Shown here: one piece after another, positions 36,006-49,478 of the stretch | Numbering within the stretch: the first letter of the stretch is position 1 | How the letters are laid out: each line of letters starts with the position of its first letter | Assembly (NCBI GenBank): GCA_030390025.1 | Contig: JASTWF010000332.1 | Coordinates: forward strand, 248,001-312,000 | Origin: Squalus acanthias | Lineage: Eukaryota | Direction of reading: 5' to 3' | DNA: 64,000 bases | Program-made: the position numbers and the translations under genes | The notes under the pieces: generated by a model | What the model saw: only the letters and a program-made list of their open reading frames with translations | What the model was told of the DNA's origin: nothing | Database searches by the model: none

Positions 36006-38040
36006 TCATAGAATGGTTACAGCAGGGAAGGGGGCCATTTGGCCCATCGAACCCGTGCTGGCTCTCTGCAAGAGTACCTCAGCTAGTTCCACTCTCCCGC
36101 CCTTTCCCCGTAGCCCTGAAAATGTTTTTCTTTCAGATACTTCTCCAACTCCCTTTTGAAAGCCACGATCGAGTCTGCCTCCACCACCCTTTCAGGCAGT
36201 GCATTCCAGATCCTAACCACTCGCTGCGTAAAAATGTTTTTTCTCACGTCGCCTTCGGTTCTTTTGCCAATCACCTTAAATCTGTCCCCTCTGGTTCTCG
36301 ACCCTTCTGCCAATGGGAACAGTTTCTCTTTATCTACTCTGTCCAGACCCATGATTTTGAACACCTCTGTCAAATCTCCTCTCAATCTTCTCTGCTCTAA
36401 AAGGAGAAGATCCCCAGCTTCTCCAGTCTATCAATGTAACTGAAGTCCCTCATCCCTGGAATCATTCTCGTAAATCTTTTCTGCACCCTCTCGAAGGTCT
36501 TCACATCCTTCCTAAAGTGTGGACACAATACTCCAGTTGAGGCCGAACCAGTGTTTTATACAGGTTCATCATAATTTCTATGCTTTTGTATTCTATGCCT
36601 CTATTCATAAAGCCCAGGATCCTTTAAGCCTTTTTAACTGCTTTCTCAACCTTCAACGATTTTATGCACATATACCCCCAGGTCTCTCTGTTCCTGCACC
36701 CCCTTTAGGATTGTACCATTTAGTTTATATTTCCCCTCCTCATTCTTCCTACCAAAATGTATCACTTCGCACTTTTCTGTGTTAAATTTCATCTGCCGTG
36801 TCCGCCCATTCCACCAGCCTATCACTATCCTCTTCACTGTTCACTATACTTCCAAGTTTTGGGTCATCTGCAAATTTTGAAATTGTGCCCTGTACACCCA
36901 CATCCAAGTCATTAATATATATCAGGAAAAGCAGTAGTCCTAGTACCGACCCCTGGGGAACACCACTGTACACCTTCCTCCAGTCCAAAAAAAACAACCG
37001 TTCACCACTACTCTCGGTTTCCTGTCACTTAGCCAATTTCGTAGCTATGCTGCCACTGTCCCTTTTATTCCATGGGCTTCAACTTTGCTGGCAAGCCTAT
37101 TATGTGGCACTTTGTCGAACGCCTTTTGGAAACCCATGTACACTACGTCAACCGCATTACCCTCATCAACCCTCTCTGTTACCTCATCAAAAAACTCGAT
37201 CAAGTTGGTTAAACACGATTTGCCTTTAACAAATCCGTGCTGGCTTTCCTTAATTAATCCACACTTGTCCAAGCGACTGTTAATTTTGTCCCGCATTATT
37301 GTTTCTAAAAGCTTCCCGACTACCGAGGTTAAACTGACCGGCCTATAGTTGCTGGGTTTATCCTTACACCCTTCTTTGAACAAGGGTGTAACATTTGCAA
37401 TTCTCCAGTCCTCTGGCACCATCCCCATTTCTAAAGAGGATTTGAAGATTATGGCCAGTACCTCCGTGATTTCTTCCTTCACTTTCCTCAGCGTCCTAGG
37501 ATGCATCCGATCTGGTCCTGGTGACTTATCTACTTTAAGTACAGCCAGACTTTCTAGTACCTCGTCTTTATCAATTCTTATCCCATCCAGTATCTCCTCT
37601 AACTCCTCCTTTACTATGTCTATGGTGGCATCTTCTTCCTTGAAGACAGACAGATGCAAAGTACTCATTTAGTACCTCAGCCATACCCTCCGTCTCCATG
37701 CGTAGGTCTCCTTTTTTGGGCCCTAATCAGCCCCACCCCTCCTCTTCCTACCCGTTTACTGTTTATGTGCCTATAGAAGACTTTTGGATAACCTTTTATG
37801 TTAGCTGCCAATCTATTTTCATACCCTCTCTTTGCTCCTCTTATTTGCCTTTTCACTTCTCCTCTGAACTTTCTATATTTAGCCTGATTCTCACATGTAT
37901 CCTCGACCCGACATCTGTCATACGCATTCTTTTTCTGCTTCATCTTACTCTCTATGTCTTTCGTCATCCAGGGAGCTCGCTCTTTAGTTGTCCTACCTTT
38001 CCCCCTAGTGGGAATGTACCTCGACTGTACCCGAACTATT
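36006..38040 (-). mobile_element. CR1 LINE, about 2 kb, 5'-truncated (tether + RT + 3' end)
   Basis: 207-aa ORF KSPGPDRMHPR...NYRPVSLTSVVGK...SQHGFVKGKSCLTNL...FQKAFDKVPH; SKFADDPKLG. Confidence 0.95.
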
Positions 38041-38974
38041 TGAACGGAGATGGGGAAAGAGTTTGAACGGGGTCAGAGGGGAAGAATAATGGCCGGTTCA
38101 GTCTGTGTTTGTGGGCGGGGGGGGGGGTGTAAAGGGAAGAGTGCCAGGTTAAACTGAGCGAGGAGGGAAGGCGTGCCAGCATAAAACACTTGCACAATAT
38201 ACAAGAGAGTGTCTGGTACCTATGGCCTGTACCCCATCATGGAGATGGGTGGGGGGGACGGGGGGGGGGGGGACGTAATTCCAACACCGCTGCCTGGGCT
38301 AAGCTGGTGGAGTGGATTGCCCGCCCCTGGTAGAACCCAGCGGATTTGCCTTCCGTTCATTTTGTGGCTCAGGTACACCTGTAACACGACAGGCAAGCTG
38401 CAGCTAAAGGCACAGGAACCACTTGGGCGCAACTGTCTGGGAGCAAAGAAAAAAGGAGACAAATTGCGACACTGGCATAAAAGTGGACTAACGGCAACAG
38501 CACAGCAGTGATGTGGGCAACACTGCTCATTGTGGTAAACAGTTGGAAGTCCTCCTGCAGGAAGTACACCAAAGGAGGGTGGGCCTATTCGAGACTGAAG
38601 GCCGCCCTCCAAAGCCAGCTGGATAGGAAATCACCAACCAAGTCAATGCAGGTGCCCAGCTCCCCGAAACCTGGTTGCGAATGAGGAAGAAGTTCGCTCG
38701 TCAGAAACAAGGTGCAGGTGAGCGTGATCCTCACTTCTGCGCATATTTCTGGTGGACCCAGCCAGCGTGGCACAAACCTAAACTGGGAATTACCACAACC
38801 CTCTGGGAGGTCCACTTGCAGCATTGTGTACAACCATTGGCCTTCTACACACACACACTCCTTTATTGAGCATAAGCTGCATGACGTACTCTTTCATGGA
38901 GATGGTTTGCCCCATGAACAACTGAAAAGCAATGGCTGCAGGGGTAAACGCACTACCTTGTGTGGTACGGAGCC

Positions 38975-39300
38975 AGTCCGATTCCCGTTCTGTGCGGAGT
39001 TAGCTGATCTAAACTGAGGCTGCGGTAAAGGCCCAATATCTGGCCTCAGCACCCCTTCATTTTGGTAAGGGAACGACAAAACCAGACAAGATGCCTGCTC
39101 CGGTCTCACTATCCTGTGGCTCTTACTGAACCGATGCTGGGTAAAGAAAGGATTGCCTCAGTTGTGATGCCATCCGCAGTTCAATAGGCAGGCAACATTC
39201 ACTGTGCCATCTCGCACATGAACTGCGACTGGAGAGCTGCTGCCACCCTTGGAACAGTAGCCCAGCGGGAGTAGGTGAGGAGGGGCGGGGGAGGGAAACT
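38975..39300 (+). mobile_element. Old SINE-like repeat (family of 8089-8795)
   Basis: Shared TTAGCTGAT, GGCCTCAGCACCCCT and TCACTGT blocks; a probable antisense copy at 40225-40480. Confidence 0.4.
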
Positions 39301-40536
39301 GGGGGACTGAGCAGAATAGGAGGAGGCGCATCTCTCTCTCAATTCTAGGATATTCTATTTGGTTTCCAAAATGTTCTAATATTGCCCCTAACCAGGGTCA
39401 CTGTTGAAGCTGTGCGTTGAACAAAGTACAGCTAAGAATTGATTTTTTACAGAACGCAGAAAATGAAGAATTCCGCCAGCTCTGTGGGTGCTGACCTCCA
39501 AACATCCCAGGACACCAAGCTCATCAGACGATACCAGCAGCAATCTACGGCTTCATTCAAACACCGCTTCTTCCTCTGAATTCAATCAGATTTCCCAGCG
39601 CAGCTGGATCAAAAAAAAAGTGTTGCATAAACAATCTGCGGCCTCGATTTATTGCAGGGAGAGGCCTCGTGTAAACTATTAATGATCTCCCTTCGGCTTT
39701 ACATTCATGTTTTAAAACAGCAATCACACTTTGGCAGGTCTGGGTGGGAAAAAATAAATAAATCGGTAAAGCTACTCATTACAAAGCTGCTCGTTAAATG
39801 AAATTATCTGAGGGGAAAAAAGAGAAAAAAAAACCAAGGGATTCTTCGAAGAAAAACAAATAATCTCGATATGGTCCTGCGACAGTCAACAAAGCAATGT
39901 TCCCAGAATTTCTTTTGGACCAGATGTTAATAGTCGGTGGTGTGTCACTATGACCAACGCTGACTATGTAAACATTCTAGTATCATCCTCTCCAACTAAT
40001 CCTTTATTAAATGCAGTGGATCTTCCAAGTAGCTATGACAATGGAATGTTCCTTTTCCCCATGAGTTGCCGTAGAATTCACAATCAATCAATCACTCGTG
40101 CTCAAACTGTAGCGTTTAGGGGTTAAACTACTAAATTAAACTTTTTGGTTTCTTAAAAAAATGTTTCTCTTCCACTTTTCTCCCTTCCTTCGGTCATCCT
40201 CCGATTCCATGTCCAAATGACCATTATTCATACAAGGGGCTCAGCGGCGAGTTTGGACAAGATATTTGACCGCAGCGATGGTGGCAACAAGGCCCAATCC
40301 AATCCCCTCTTAACCGAAGTCCACACGCTCACACTATCAGTGGGGTGGGTCACTGGATGGCGACCAGAAGCTGGGATTACTCTCTCCTACCCCAACCCAG
40401 GAATACCAAGGCCAACAGTCATATCCTTACTACTGTCCTCAACTAACTCAGTGAGCCGGGGGATCGAATCTAGCACTTTTAGGGGGCGCTCTAATAAATG
40501 ATCTCATCTCCCCCTCTCATCTGGTGCTGACAGCGC

Positions 40537-40538
<2 letters not shown>

Positions 40539-40567
<29 letters not shown>
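40539..40567 (+). repeat. (CT)n microsatellite
   Basis: Direct reading. Confidence 0.95.
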
Positions 40568-40568
<1 letters not shown>

Positions 40569-41198
40569 CACTTACGTTTCATTTGGGTTTTACTGAAACC
40601 ATAATTTAAAAAAGGGAACTGCTGATGGTAGACTTGAACCAAGATTTAATGACATCGGTTTGTACTTGTCTATATGCAAGCACGTTAAATGACTCTACAG
40701 TAAACTGACGATGCCCTTTATAAGCGACCAATTCAGACATCTTCACAACTGACATGTTCAAAAAAATTACACAAGGTTATTAGGTTAGGTTTGTGGCAAC
40801 TCAATAAAAAGTTAATTACATTTTTTGAGCACATAAAATGAATGCACGCGATATTTTTAGACATGAAATTTCTTTGAAGCTCGCAGAGCCAGGTTTTTAT
40901 GTGAATATTTCATTCATATTAAAATTTAAAAAAAAAAGAGTCTCATTGAATATAGGTTCAGAACTGACAAACTGGGGGAGCACAAAGTGCTAGAACACAG
41001 GCTCAAAGCACATCCGCCCATCTCCACTCTGAAGCTCTTCTGTTCTCAGTCATATTGCTGCAGAGCACGGGGGGCCGGGGGAAAGAGATTGGAGAGAAAA
41101 TACAGTGCATCAGGGAAGTGGTTAATTCAATAGTAAAAGAGTGCAAAAATTCTCAGTGTCCATTTTCTAATGCAGATGTTAACAGTTAAATCACTTAC

Positions 41199-41585
41199 CT
41201 TTTATATAATCCACCTCTGCCCCAGTCAGGAACCAGTCCAACTCCCTCTTGAAGGCAAGCAGAGAGCCAGCATCCACCGCACCAGTCGGCAATGTATCCC
41301 AGAGGCTCACTACTCTCTGGGAAAAGAAGGACCGCTTAACACCCAATCTATTCCTACTTTTGCCTAGTTTAAAGGCATGTCCCCCTGGTCCTCCCCAATC
41401 TGTCAAACTGAAATAATCTGTCAAACTGAAAATAATCTATCAATACGTATGCAATCCAGAGATATACTATCTTATATACCTCGATCAGGTCTCCAAGTTG
41501 CAGCTCTGAAGTAAATAGACACAGATCTGTAAGCCTATCTGAGCAACTAAGGTTCTTTAAGCTAGGAATCATTCCTGTTGCTCAC
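41199..41585 (-). mobile_element. CR1 fragment with an internal 18-bp duplication (about 41397-41438)
   Basis: GDLIEVYKI; FFSQRVVSLWDTLP...FKRELDWFL. Confidence 0.85.
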
Positions 41586-41704
41586 CCCTAAACCTTTCCC
41601 CACCACGGGAGGGGTTCAGTACTGTACATGCGGAGAGAGGGGGAGAAAGAAAGAGAGTGGGGGGAGGGGAAGGAAAAGGAGGAGGAGGATGAGAAGAGGG
41701 AGGA

Positions 41705-42153
41705 AGGAAGGCTTGCATTTAAAAAGGCGCCTTTCACAAGGACATCCCAAAGCACTTCACAGCCAATTAAGTACTTTTTGACAGGTAGTCACTGTTGTAA
41801 TGTAGGAAACGTGGCAGCTAATTTGCACACAGCAAGCTCCCACAAACAGCAATGTGATAAATGACCAGATAATCTGTTTTCGGTGTTGATTGAGGGATAA
41901 ATATTCGCAAGGATACCAGGGCTTCTTCGAAATAATGTCACGGGCGCCTTTACGTCCACCTGAGAGGGCAGATGGAACCTCAATTTAACGTCTCATCCGA
42001 AAGACAGCACCTCAAGACAGTGCAGCTCTCCCTCAGCACTGCACTGGTGTCAGCCTAGATTTTTGTGCTCAAGTCTCTGGAGTGGAACTAGAACCCACAA
42101 CCTTCTGACTCCAAAGCGAGAGTGCTACCCACTGAGTGCTACCACAGCGGACG
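41705..42153 (-). mobile_element. DeuSINE, near full length
   Basis: Aligns along its length to 3487-3958. Confidence 0.88.
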
Positions 42154-42611
42154 TCTATTACAACCGGTATTGGGACCTCAGTGGCTCACTGACGCACCAA
42201 TGCCTGAACCCAGACTGAGTTTCAGTGGACTATTAATGGTGGAAGGCATTAGTCCAGCCTGATCCTGTCCAAGGCACTTATATAATCATGATGCATACCT
42301 TCAGCTGTGGAAAGGCACTGCCTGTGATATCTGGAGGAAGAACGACTGCAAACGATCAATACAAAACTAATTTTTTTTAAAAAGACAACTCCAATAGGTT
42401 TTTGAATGGATGATTGCTGACAGCGATATCCATCTACTTTCTAATGTCGTTTATACTGCACCAATTGCGATGGAAGTCAGTAGTGTAATTACTCAGAGGA
42501 GAATCCACAAAAGGTAAGTTTGGAGTTAGATTTTTTTATACTCACAGAAATCATTTCAAAAAATATTATGATTGTCCCCATTTCAGAATTTGTACTAGGT
42601 TTTGTAATTTG

Positions 42612-42743
42612 TAGGAACATACTAACAGGAGTTGGCCATTCAGCCCCTCGAGCCTGCTCTGCCATTCAATGAGATCGTGGAGGGTCTGCACCTTAATTCC
42701 ATTTACCCGCCTTTACTCGATATCCCTTGATACACTTACCTAA
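42612..42743 (-). mobile_element. CR1 3' tail
   Basis: TAGGAACATA...GGCCATTCAGCCCCTCGAGCCTG. Confidence 0.8.
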
Positions 42744-43269
42744 TTATCAAAATAATTAAGCAGCCACTTATTTTCATGAGCTGGCTTGCTCGAATTAATG
42801 CAAAAAAAAATGCTGCTTTATGTCAATATACAGAATTCTCGAAATCTTTGATTTTGTAGTCCAATTGGAGGGAGAGGATAAGCTGAAGTAAGTGATCGCC
42901 ATCCTCAAACTTTAGAAGAAGTGCTTCCCTGACTCGCTTCGTGCGCCGAAGGGCACCACGTTATCGGATCGAGGCAAGTCCTTGCTGCTCGGTTTCAAAT
43001 TAAATCCACAGGAGATTCATCTTAGCCATTTATACCATACTGCTAAAAGTCTCCCGTTTCACCTCACAACCCTCGGGCAAAAGCAAGGTGAACGAATAAG
43101 GAGAAATCTCTCCAAAATTAAATCAGGAAATGGCCCGCAATGATTTATACCAAGCTGCTTGGCTGTGACTATGTTGCAGATTTATACCCGGTGAGAATTT
43201 ACAACACAAGTTAAACGGAGTACAAGTCCCCAGATCCAGGTTACTTCTTCTACTGGGCCATGTCATTGA

Positions 43270-43568
43270 ATTACATAGAATTTGGAGCACAGAAACAGGC
43301 CATTCAGCCAGACTGGTCTATGCCGGTGTTTACGGTTCACACAAGCCTCCACCCACCCCTACTTCATCTCACCATATCGGCACATCCTTCTATTCCTTTC
43401 TCCCACATGTACTCATCTAGCTTCCCCTTAAATGCATCTTTACTATTCGCCTCAACTACTCCACGTGGTAGCAAGTTCCACATTCTAACCACTGTCTGGG
43501 TAAAGAAGTTTCTTCTGAATTATCTATTGGATTCATTGCCTCTAGTTTTGAACTCCCCCCACAAGTGA
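43270..43568 (-). mobile_element. CR1 3' fragment
   Basis: Same subfamily as 27425-27700. Confidence 0.8.
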
Positions 43569-43984
43569 ATGCCTGAAGCTATACATGGACTGTGCAGTGC
43601 TTTTTATTGTAAAATGTCACAAGATAGCTAAAATAACCATGACTTTACCAGCTGTCGTAACTGTGACCTTCTCTCTCTTTGACCACTATATGTTTACCTT
43701 TTCTGAATATGCAAGGGCAGCTTTTGTTAGGAGACCCACTCTCTGGAATGCTAAGCTGATGCAAGTTAGTAGAAACCAAGAGTGTAGGTCACGGAGGATG
43801 TATGGTGAATTGACCATTTAGCTGTAGGATAAATAGCAAGACAATCGCAAAAGAATTAGAGAAGACCCAGGGGTTGATCTCCCCGGTGACTGAGCTCCGT
43901 AACTGTAACACAAGGTCTCCCGCAGCCTTCGCATCACCATGCGTGTTGTCCGAATGTACACGAGTATCGTTCGCTCCAATAAAA

Positions 43985-44570
43985 TTTATAAACCTACACT
44001 GGCTCCCCACTCTCCAACACATTCATTTCAAAATCCTTGTATTCATCCAAAATCCGACCATGGCTCACACAACCCTATCTCAGTGTTCACCTTCAGCCCA
44101 TACCTGCACCTCCCCTATCCCACAAGTCCTTTATACCTCAGACTCTAGCATCCTGTGCATCTCCTCCTTCCCCTGCCCCACCATTGGTGGTAGACTGTTT
44201 AGTCACCTCGGTCTTGCTCTCTGAAACTCCCTCGCTAAACCTCTCCACTTCTACACCTCTTTCTCAAGACCAAAGTTCCCTCTAATTTTTTTTTGTGTGC
44301 GTGGTCCCTTTAACTGGCTGCGCAGCCCATTCAAATGGAAGAAACCGCACATGCGCGAAAATATCAAAGCCGGCGAACGGCCTGCACGGGACCTCCAGAC
44401 TGCTGCACGGCCACGCAGCTTAGCGGGAACGTTGCCCAAGACCCACCTCTTTGTAATCTCCTAATCCCGGACATCCTGAGGCAGACGCCATTTTGCTTAC
44501 CTTTACGAAGTACCGCTGGATGTTTCTTTAAATTAAAAAGCGCTATATAAATGCAAGTATGTTGTTTTAT
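43985..44570 (+). mobile_element. L2 3' fragment interrupted by a hAT MITE
   Basis: LHWLPTLQHIHFKIL...PTIGGRLFSHLG; tail AAAAGCGCTATATAAATGCAAG. Confidence 0.8.
44271..44434. mobile_element. hAT-superfamily MITE, 164 bp
   Basis: 15-bp TIRs CAAAGTTCCCTCTAA vs reverse complement CAACGTTCCCGCTAA; 8-bp TSD CTCAAGAC/CCCAAGAC. Confidence 0.85.
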
Positions 44571-44771
44571 CAGCTGATATGTAAAACTCAAAGTGTAGGC
44601 AGAGATCTTAAAATTACCCCAGAATTACGGCAATTTTCACATTGATTATTAGAATGAGGAGGCCCAAGGGATGAGTGCCGAGACCTGGGATTCAGTCTTC
44701 TATGGAGCTCATCTGTAGCGATAAAGCTACACCAAAGTTTCTCAAGTTACTGAGAATATACTGGAAAACAA

Positions 44772-44872
44772 CAAGAAAGGCTTGCATTTATATAGCGCCT
44801 TCATGACCTCAGGATGCCCCAAAGCGCTTTACAGCCAATCAACTATTTTTGAAGTGTAGTCACTGTTGTAAC
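44772..44872 (-). mobile_element. DeuSINE 3' tail
   Basis: TTGCATTTATATAGCGCCTT...GAAGTGTAGTCACTGTTGTAA. Confidence 0.8.
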
Positions 44873-47574
44873 TACACTGTTGTAAGTCGGCCATTTTACT
44901 CTTTAAAGGAGCAGCTGCAATTTTTTATTAGACAAAAATAGCTGAAAATCTGTCTTCAAGGTGGCACAAAATTCCAGCGATAGTGACAACCATCTTGAAT
45001 TCGATGGATGTTAAACAATTTCCTCCAGGAATCTGCAAGATGATTTATCCCTATTTTAATAAAAAAGAAATTCCATGAGGATCTTAAAAGATTTATCAAG
45101 TTGTTGAGAAGTGACGTCAAAAAGATGCATGTTGCCGAATGCGATTCTGGTCTTCCCCAAATCTATCCTCCACATAATGAGAGAGGGGAACACATTCAAT
45201 TCTGTGAAACACCAGAAAAGCGGTCTTGAAGATCCCTAGAGTCTGAACAATCCATCTTCAAAAGGATTTGCTACAGCAATGAAGGAAATCAGTGAATTAG
45301 GTTTGGTCGAAGTCTATTAATGGACAATTAAGTTATCAAGGCAACCAGCACGAGACAAACGGAGCCATAACCAATCTTTCCTGACCCACTACTGCAGCAC
45401 ACGGTTCATGAGGTTGATTGAACAGGAAACTACGATAACTTCATTAACTTACTTGTAATTGGATAATTCTCGGCAATTTCTTTTGCTCAGTAGGCCAAAG
45501 TGCAAATTTTGTACAGGAGCCCATTTCAGAAGGAGGCACAACTAAATGAGAGTCCAGCAGCAGAGGGTCCCAATAATGGGGATACCGAAAGGAGAAAAAG
45601 TTGCAGGATGTGAATAGTCAAATCTTAATTCATTTTCTCTCCCCTTTTTCCACTGAAGCAGTAATAAGAAAAACAACAAACTTTAAAATAATAGGTTTGA
45701 CAGCTGCTAGTAGAACACCTCCAGGGCTCCATTATACTGGCACAACAACAGTCACTGTATGCCAAAAAGTAATTCCTTGTGTGAAGTGCTTTAAGACACT
45801 TCATTAATGTAATAAGGTACTGTATAAATGCTAGTGGCTCTTTTCTATATAAAAAAGAGCTCTGGTGCTATTCAGACAGATGAAAAATATTTAATACAAG
45901 AAAAATTGCAGTTCAACTGCCAATACTTGATTGAACGTTACAAATAAATTGAAATTTGCCCGTTTCTTATTTGTCATAAAACTTTCCTTGTGTATTAAAA
46001 AGAGACACCTGACCGATGTAGCATTTGGTTGTGGCATAAGCAATTCTATTCTACTTCAAGATAACTCAGGATGATGGAAAGACTCCAAGAAACCAATCCT
46101 TATAATGCCTCATCACCTTACTCCAACCAGTCCCTTACCACCTTGCTCCAATGCTCCCATATTTGACAAACAATAGACATACATAATGATCACAATATGG
46201 AAACAGTCAGACTGTTATGGTGCGTTACTGAATTGTGAATGGTACTGAAGTCCTGCTAAGTTAAGTGACATCTCTTCTTATGCTTACTCACTTGCTTAGT
46301 GCAATGTCCCATTGTAATGGCTGTCTGTTTCGATACAATTCTACTGTTCACTCAGATGTCAGTATTGATGGATGAAGTTGCCTGCTAAGGTTTCTGCTCA
46401 AGACACCGATTTAAAATTTTCGCCAAGGGATGTACGTCTGCTTGCCAAGTGCTACTGCACCGCAACCTTACCAGCCATGGGAATATTTCAGAAATGACAA
46501 CAAAAGTTTGCAATATTATGACACACCAAATTAGACCAAAAATAGGAGAGCAGCTCTTTTGTGAGTAAATTGTATGTTCATAAATACATCAGAGTTTCCA
46601 ACACTAATACTGCTGTGTGGACTGTTGCACAGGAGATGGGCATCCATAAAAACCAAGGCCTCAAATACCACCTTGACGTAATACATTTGCTGGTTTAAGG
46701 TTTTTTGCCACTCTTCCTCCTATAGCTCTTTTAGGTTCCATATTTTAGGACATATTTAAGGAAAGTCCCTGCTCCCGGTGCCTTTGGAATGACCTTAACC
46801 AGCCTGGATATCCAGGTAAGCTTTTGGCAATGTGCTCAGAAGAATAACCTTTCTATTAATTATTATAGCTGCAGGAACTATCCTAATGCCTCCACACAAT
46901 CTCTCTCCCGTCTTCAATAAATGATAGGGCATCACAGCAGAAGTAGTTTTAGGTTTAAACTATAAAGAAAATTGATTTAGCAAAGGATGAAGTGGCAATA
47001 TATGTATTTAAAATTTTCAGCATATATTACATATCTTTGGTAGATATGGTTTCTTTTCCTTCTTGTATTTCTTACCATCGTGTGAGCTGTGCTAGTCTTT
47101 GTTATTTCTCTTGGAAGTAGATTCACTGCAACAAGGCCGCCATTATTTATGAGGAGCTTTGTAACAGGCTGTTTAACAGCTACAATATATCTCGCTGACA
47201 TGAATGAAATTGGTTCATGTCAGCTCTTCATAAAATTTCACCTGGTACTGAAGTGGTATTGCTGTCAAAGCAGAAATGCACTGATATAAACAATCCCCTC
47301 CTCAATAACGTGCAATATTAACAGGGGACAAAGCCCAACACTGTTCTCAACAGTTCAAGCATTGTACTCCTCCTATAGAAGGTTCTGGCAAAAACTCTGG
47401 AATCATTCAAGAGGCAGTTAATTACGGGTGGGTAGGTTTATGTGGAAGGATGAGCAGTCTCCCACATCTTTCTTTCACTGTGAAAAAAGGTTCAGATCAT
47501 TAAATCACACCAAGTAAAATTGTCAGGAGGTAAGCGGTACAGTACCGCAAGGAGCCAAGAATGTTCTGGACCAT

Positions 47575-47647
47575 TAAACTCCTCTCTTCCTCTGCGGGAT
47601 AGTTGTAAACTCCTCTCTTCCTCTGCGGGATAGTTGTATACTCCTCT
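47575..47647 (+). repeat. 31-bp tandem repeat, about 2.3 copies
   Basis: TAAACTCCTCTCTTCCTCTGCGGGATAGTTG x2 plus a partial copy. Confidence 0.9.
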
Positions 47648-47799
47648 AATTATGGCAGCACTCGGATGTTGAAAGCCTAAGAAAATGGATCTGTGGAAAA
47701 ACCACTGGCTGTGGTTTGAAGATTTGCGAGCATTTTAATGGTCACAATCTGTGGGTTTAAACCGTGCCACCAGTGCACGAGGTCTCTGAACATTCTGCA

Positions 47800-48121
47800 G
47801 ACCTGACCCTCTGTAACCTCCTCCAGCCTTCCAACCCTCAAGAGATATCGGTGCTCCTCTGATTCTGGCCTCTTGTGCATCCACGATTTTCATAGCTCCA
47901 CCATTGGTGGCCGTGCCTTCAGCTGCTTCGCCCCAAGCGGTGAACTCCCTCCCTAAACCTCTCCGCCTCTCTCTCCTCCTTAAAACCTACCTCTTTGACC
48001 AAGCTTCTGGTCACCTGTCCTAATATCTCGATGTCAAATTTTGTTTGAGAATTGCTCCTATGAAGCACCTTGGGATGTTTTACTGCGATAAAGGCGCTAC
48101 ATAAATGCAAGTTGCTGTTGT
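47800..48121 (+). mobile_element. L2 3' fragment
   Basis: Aligns to 32350-32700. Confidence 0.88.
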
Positions 48122-49202
48122 ACCACCGGGAATTTATAATCTGCCGCTGCAACAAAACCATTGCTCTGCGCTTGGGCTGTCAATAGGCCCAAGTGATGCA
48201 GATCTCATTTTGCTGGAGAACAGGAGCGATCATCACTGGCAGCAAAGTGTAGTAGTTACTTGCGCTTGCACAGTTCCTTTTCCCCACGTTGAAACTGTTC
48301 AAAGTGGTTCACAATGAATTGCTGCTTGGAGTGCTGCTAAATTCCCTCAGAACTGCTGCTTTCTCCACAGTTTCCAGCACGTATAAATCAGACAGCTACC
48401 GGTAAGAGTGTAAAGAAATGTTTAAGAATGAGAAATATTGCACCCTCCCAGGCAGTAATGCATAAAAGTGCCACATATACGCATGGCCTTTGTCACTGCC
48501 CCATCAGGGGCTCTTTGGAAGGTGGATGAACTGCTGTTTAGTCTATTTTGTGTCTTTTGTCTATTTTGATTCGACAATCCCATTGCCAGAAGCTGTGTGA
48601 AATGGGGTATAATTATGGTATGCTTTTCCCAGTTAACCAATCTACTTCTCAGCCTACTGCTAAATGGGCGAAGGTTAATTCAGGAATCCACGGGAGTTCA
48701 GTCTCTTGTGGATGCTTAGTCCGAATTTCATCATGATCACCTAGTCCAAACTACAAGTCCTACTGCAGAGAACAGCGATGGTTCCATTGCATTGAAAGAG
48801 ATTCCAAGTTCAAGTGCAACATTGTAAACTAATCAATCTCTCATTTTCTTTTGTTCTTTCCTCGGTTAATCTTGCATTTTAATAAATTTGAATCCTAGGT
48901 TTTTAGCCAAAGAGTGCTATTTTTCCAGTCAGTTGGAGATCAGGAGTGTACAGCAAGATCCCGTACCATTTCCAATGAGATCCTATTTTATTTCCTGTGC
49001 ATTTCTTACTGGTAAAAAGGGTTCACCGCTCACACTGCGGCCCACTAGCCCATTTACTTCATGGACGAAGTAGAGTCTAGGTCCATAGAGTTGCAGGCTT
49101 ACCAATGGAAGACGACTTTTATGCTAGGCACAAGCAAGTAAGTATATGGAACAAGCTCAAGTCAGAACAGCACCATCCCTGGATTAAACAGAGACTCTTT
49201 TG

Positions 49203-49478
49203 TGCCTGTCAGGTGGATGTAAAAGATGCCATTGTACTATTCAAAAAGAGAGCAGGGAGTTCTCCCAGTGTCCAGGCCAACATTCCTCTCGCAAACACCA
49301 CCACCATTTACTGGCCATTCACCCCACTGCTATTTGTGACCCTGCAGCATAAAATGGCTGTTGCATTTACCTACATGACAACAGTTACTGGATTTCAAAT
49401 GAATTATTTGTATGTGAAGCACTTTGGGCCATTTCCAAATGAAGTGATAAAAGGACTGTATTAATGTAGTCTTTCCTC
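49203..49478 (+). mobile_element. Old DeuSINE fragment
   Basis: CAGGTGGATGTAAAAGATGCC...GTGAAGCACTTTGGG. Confidence 0.7.
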
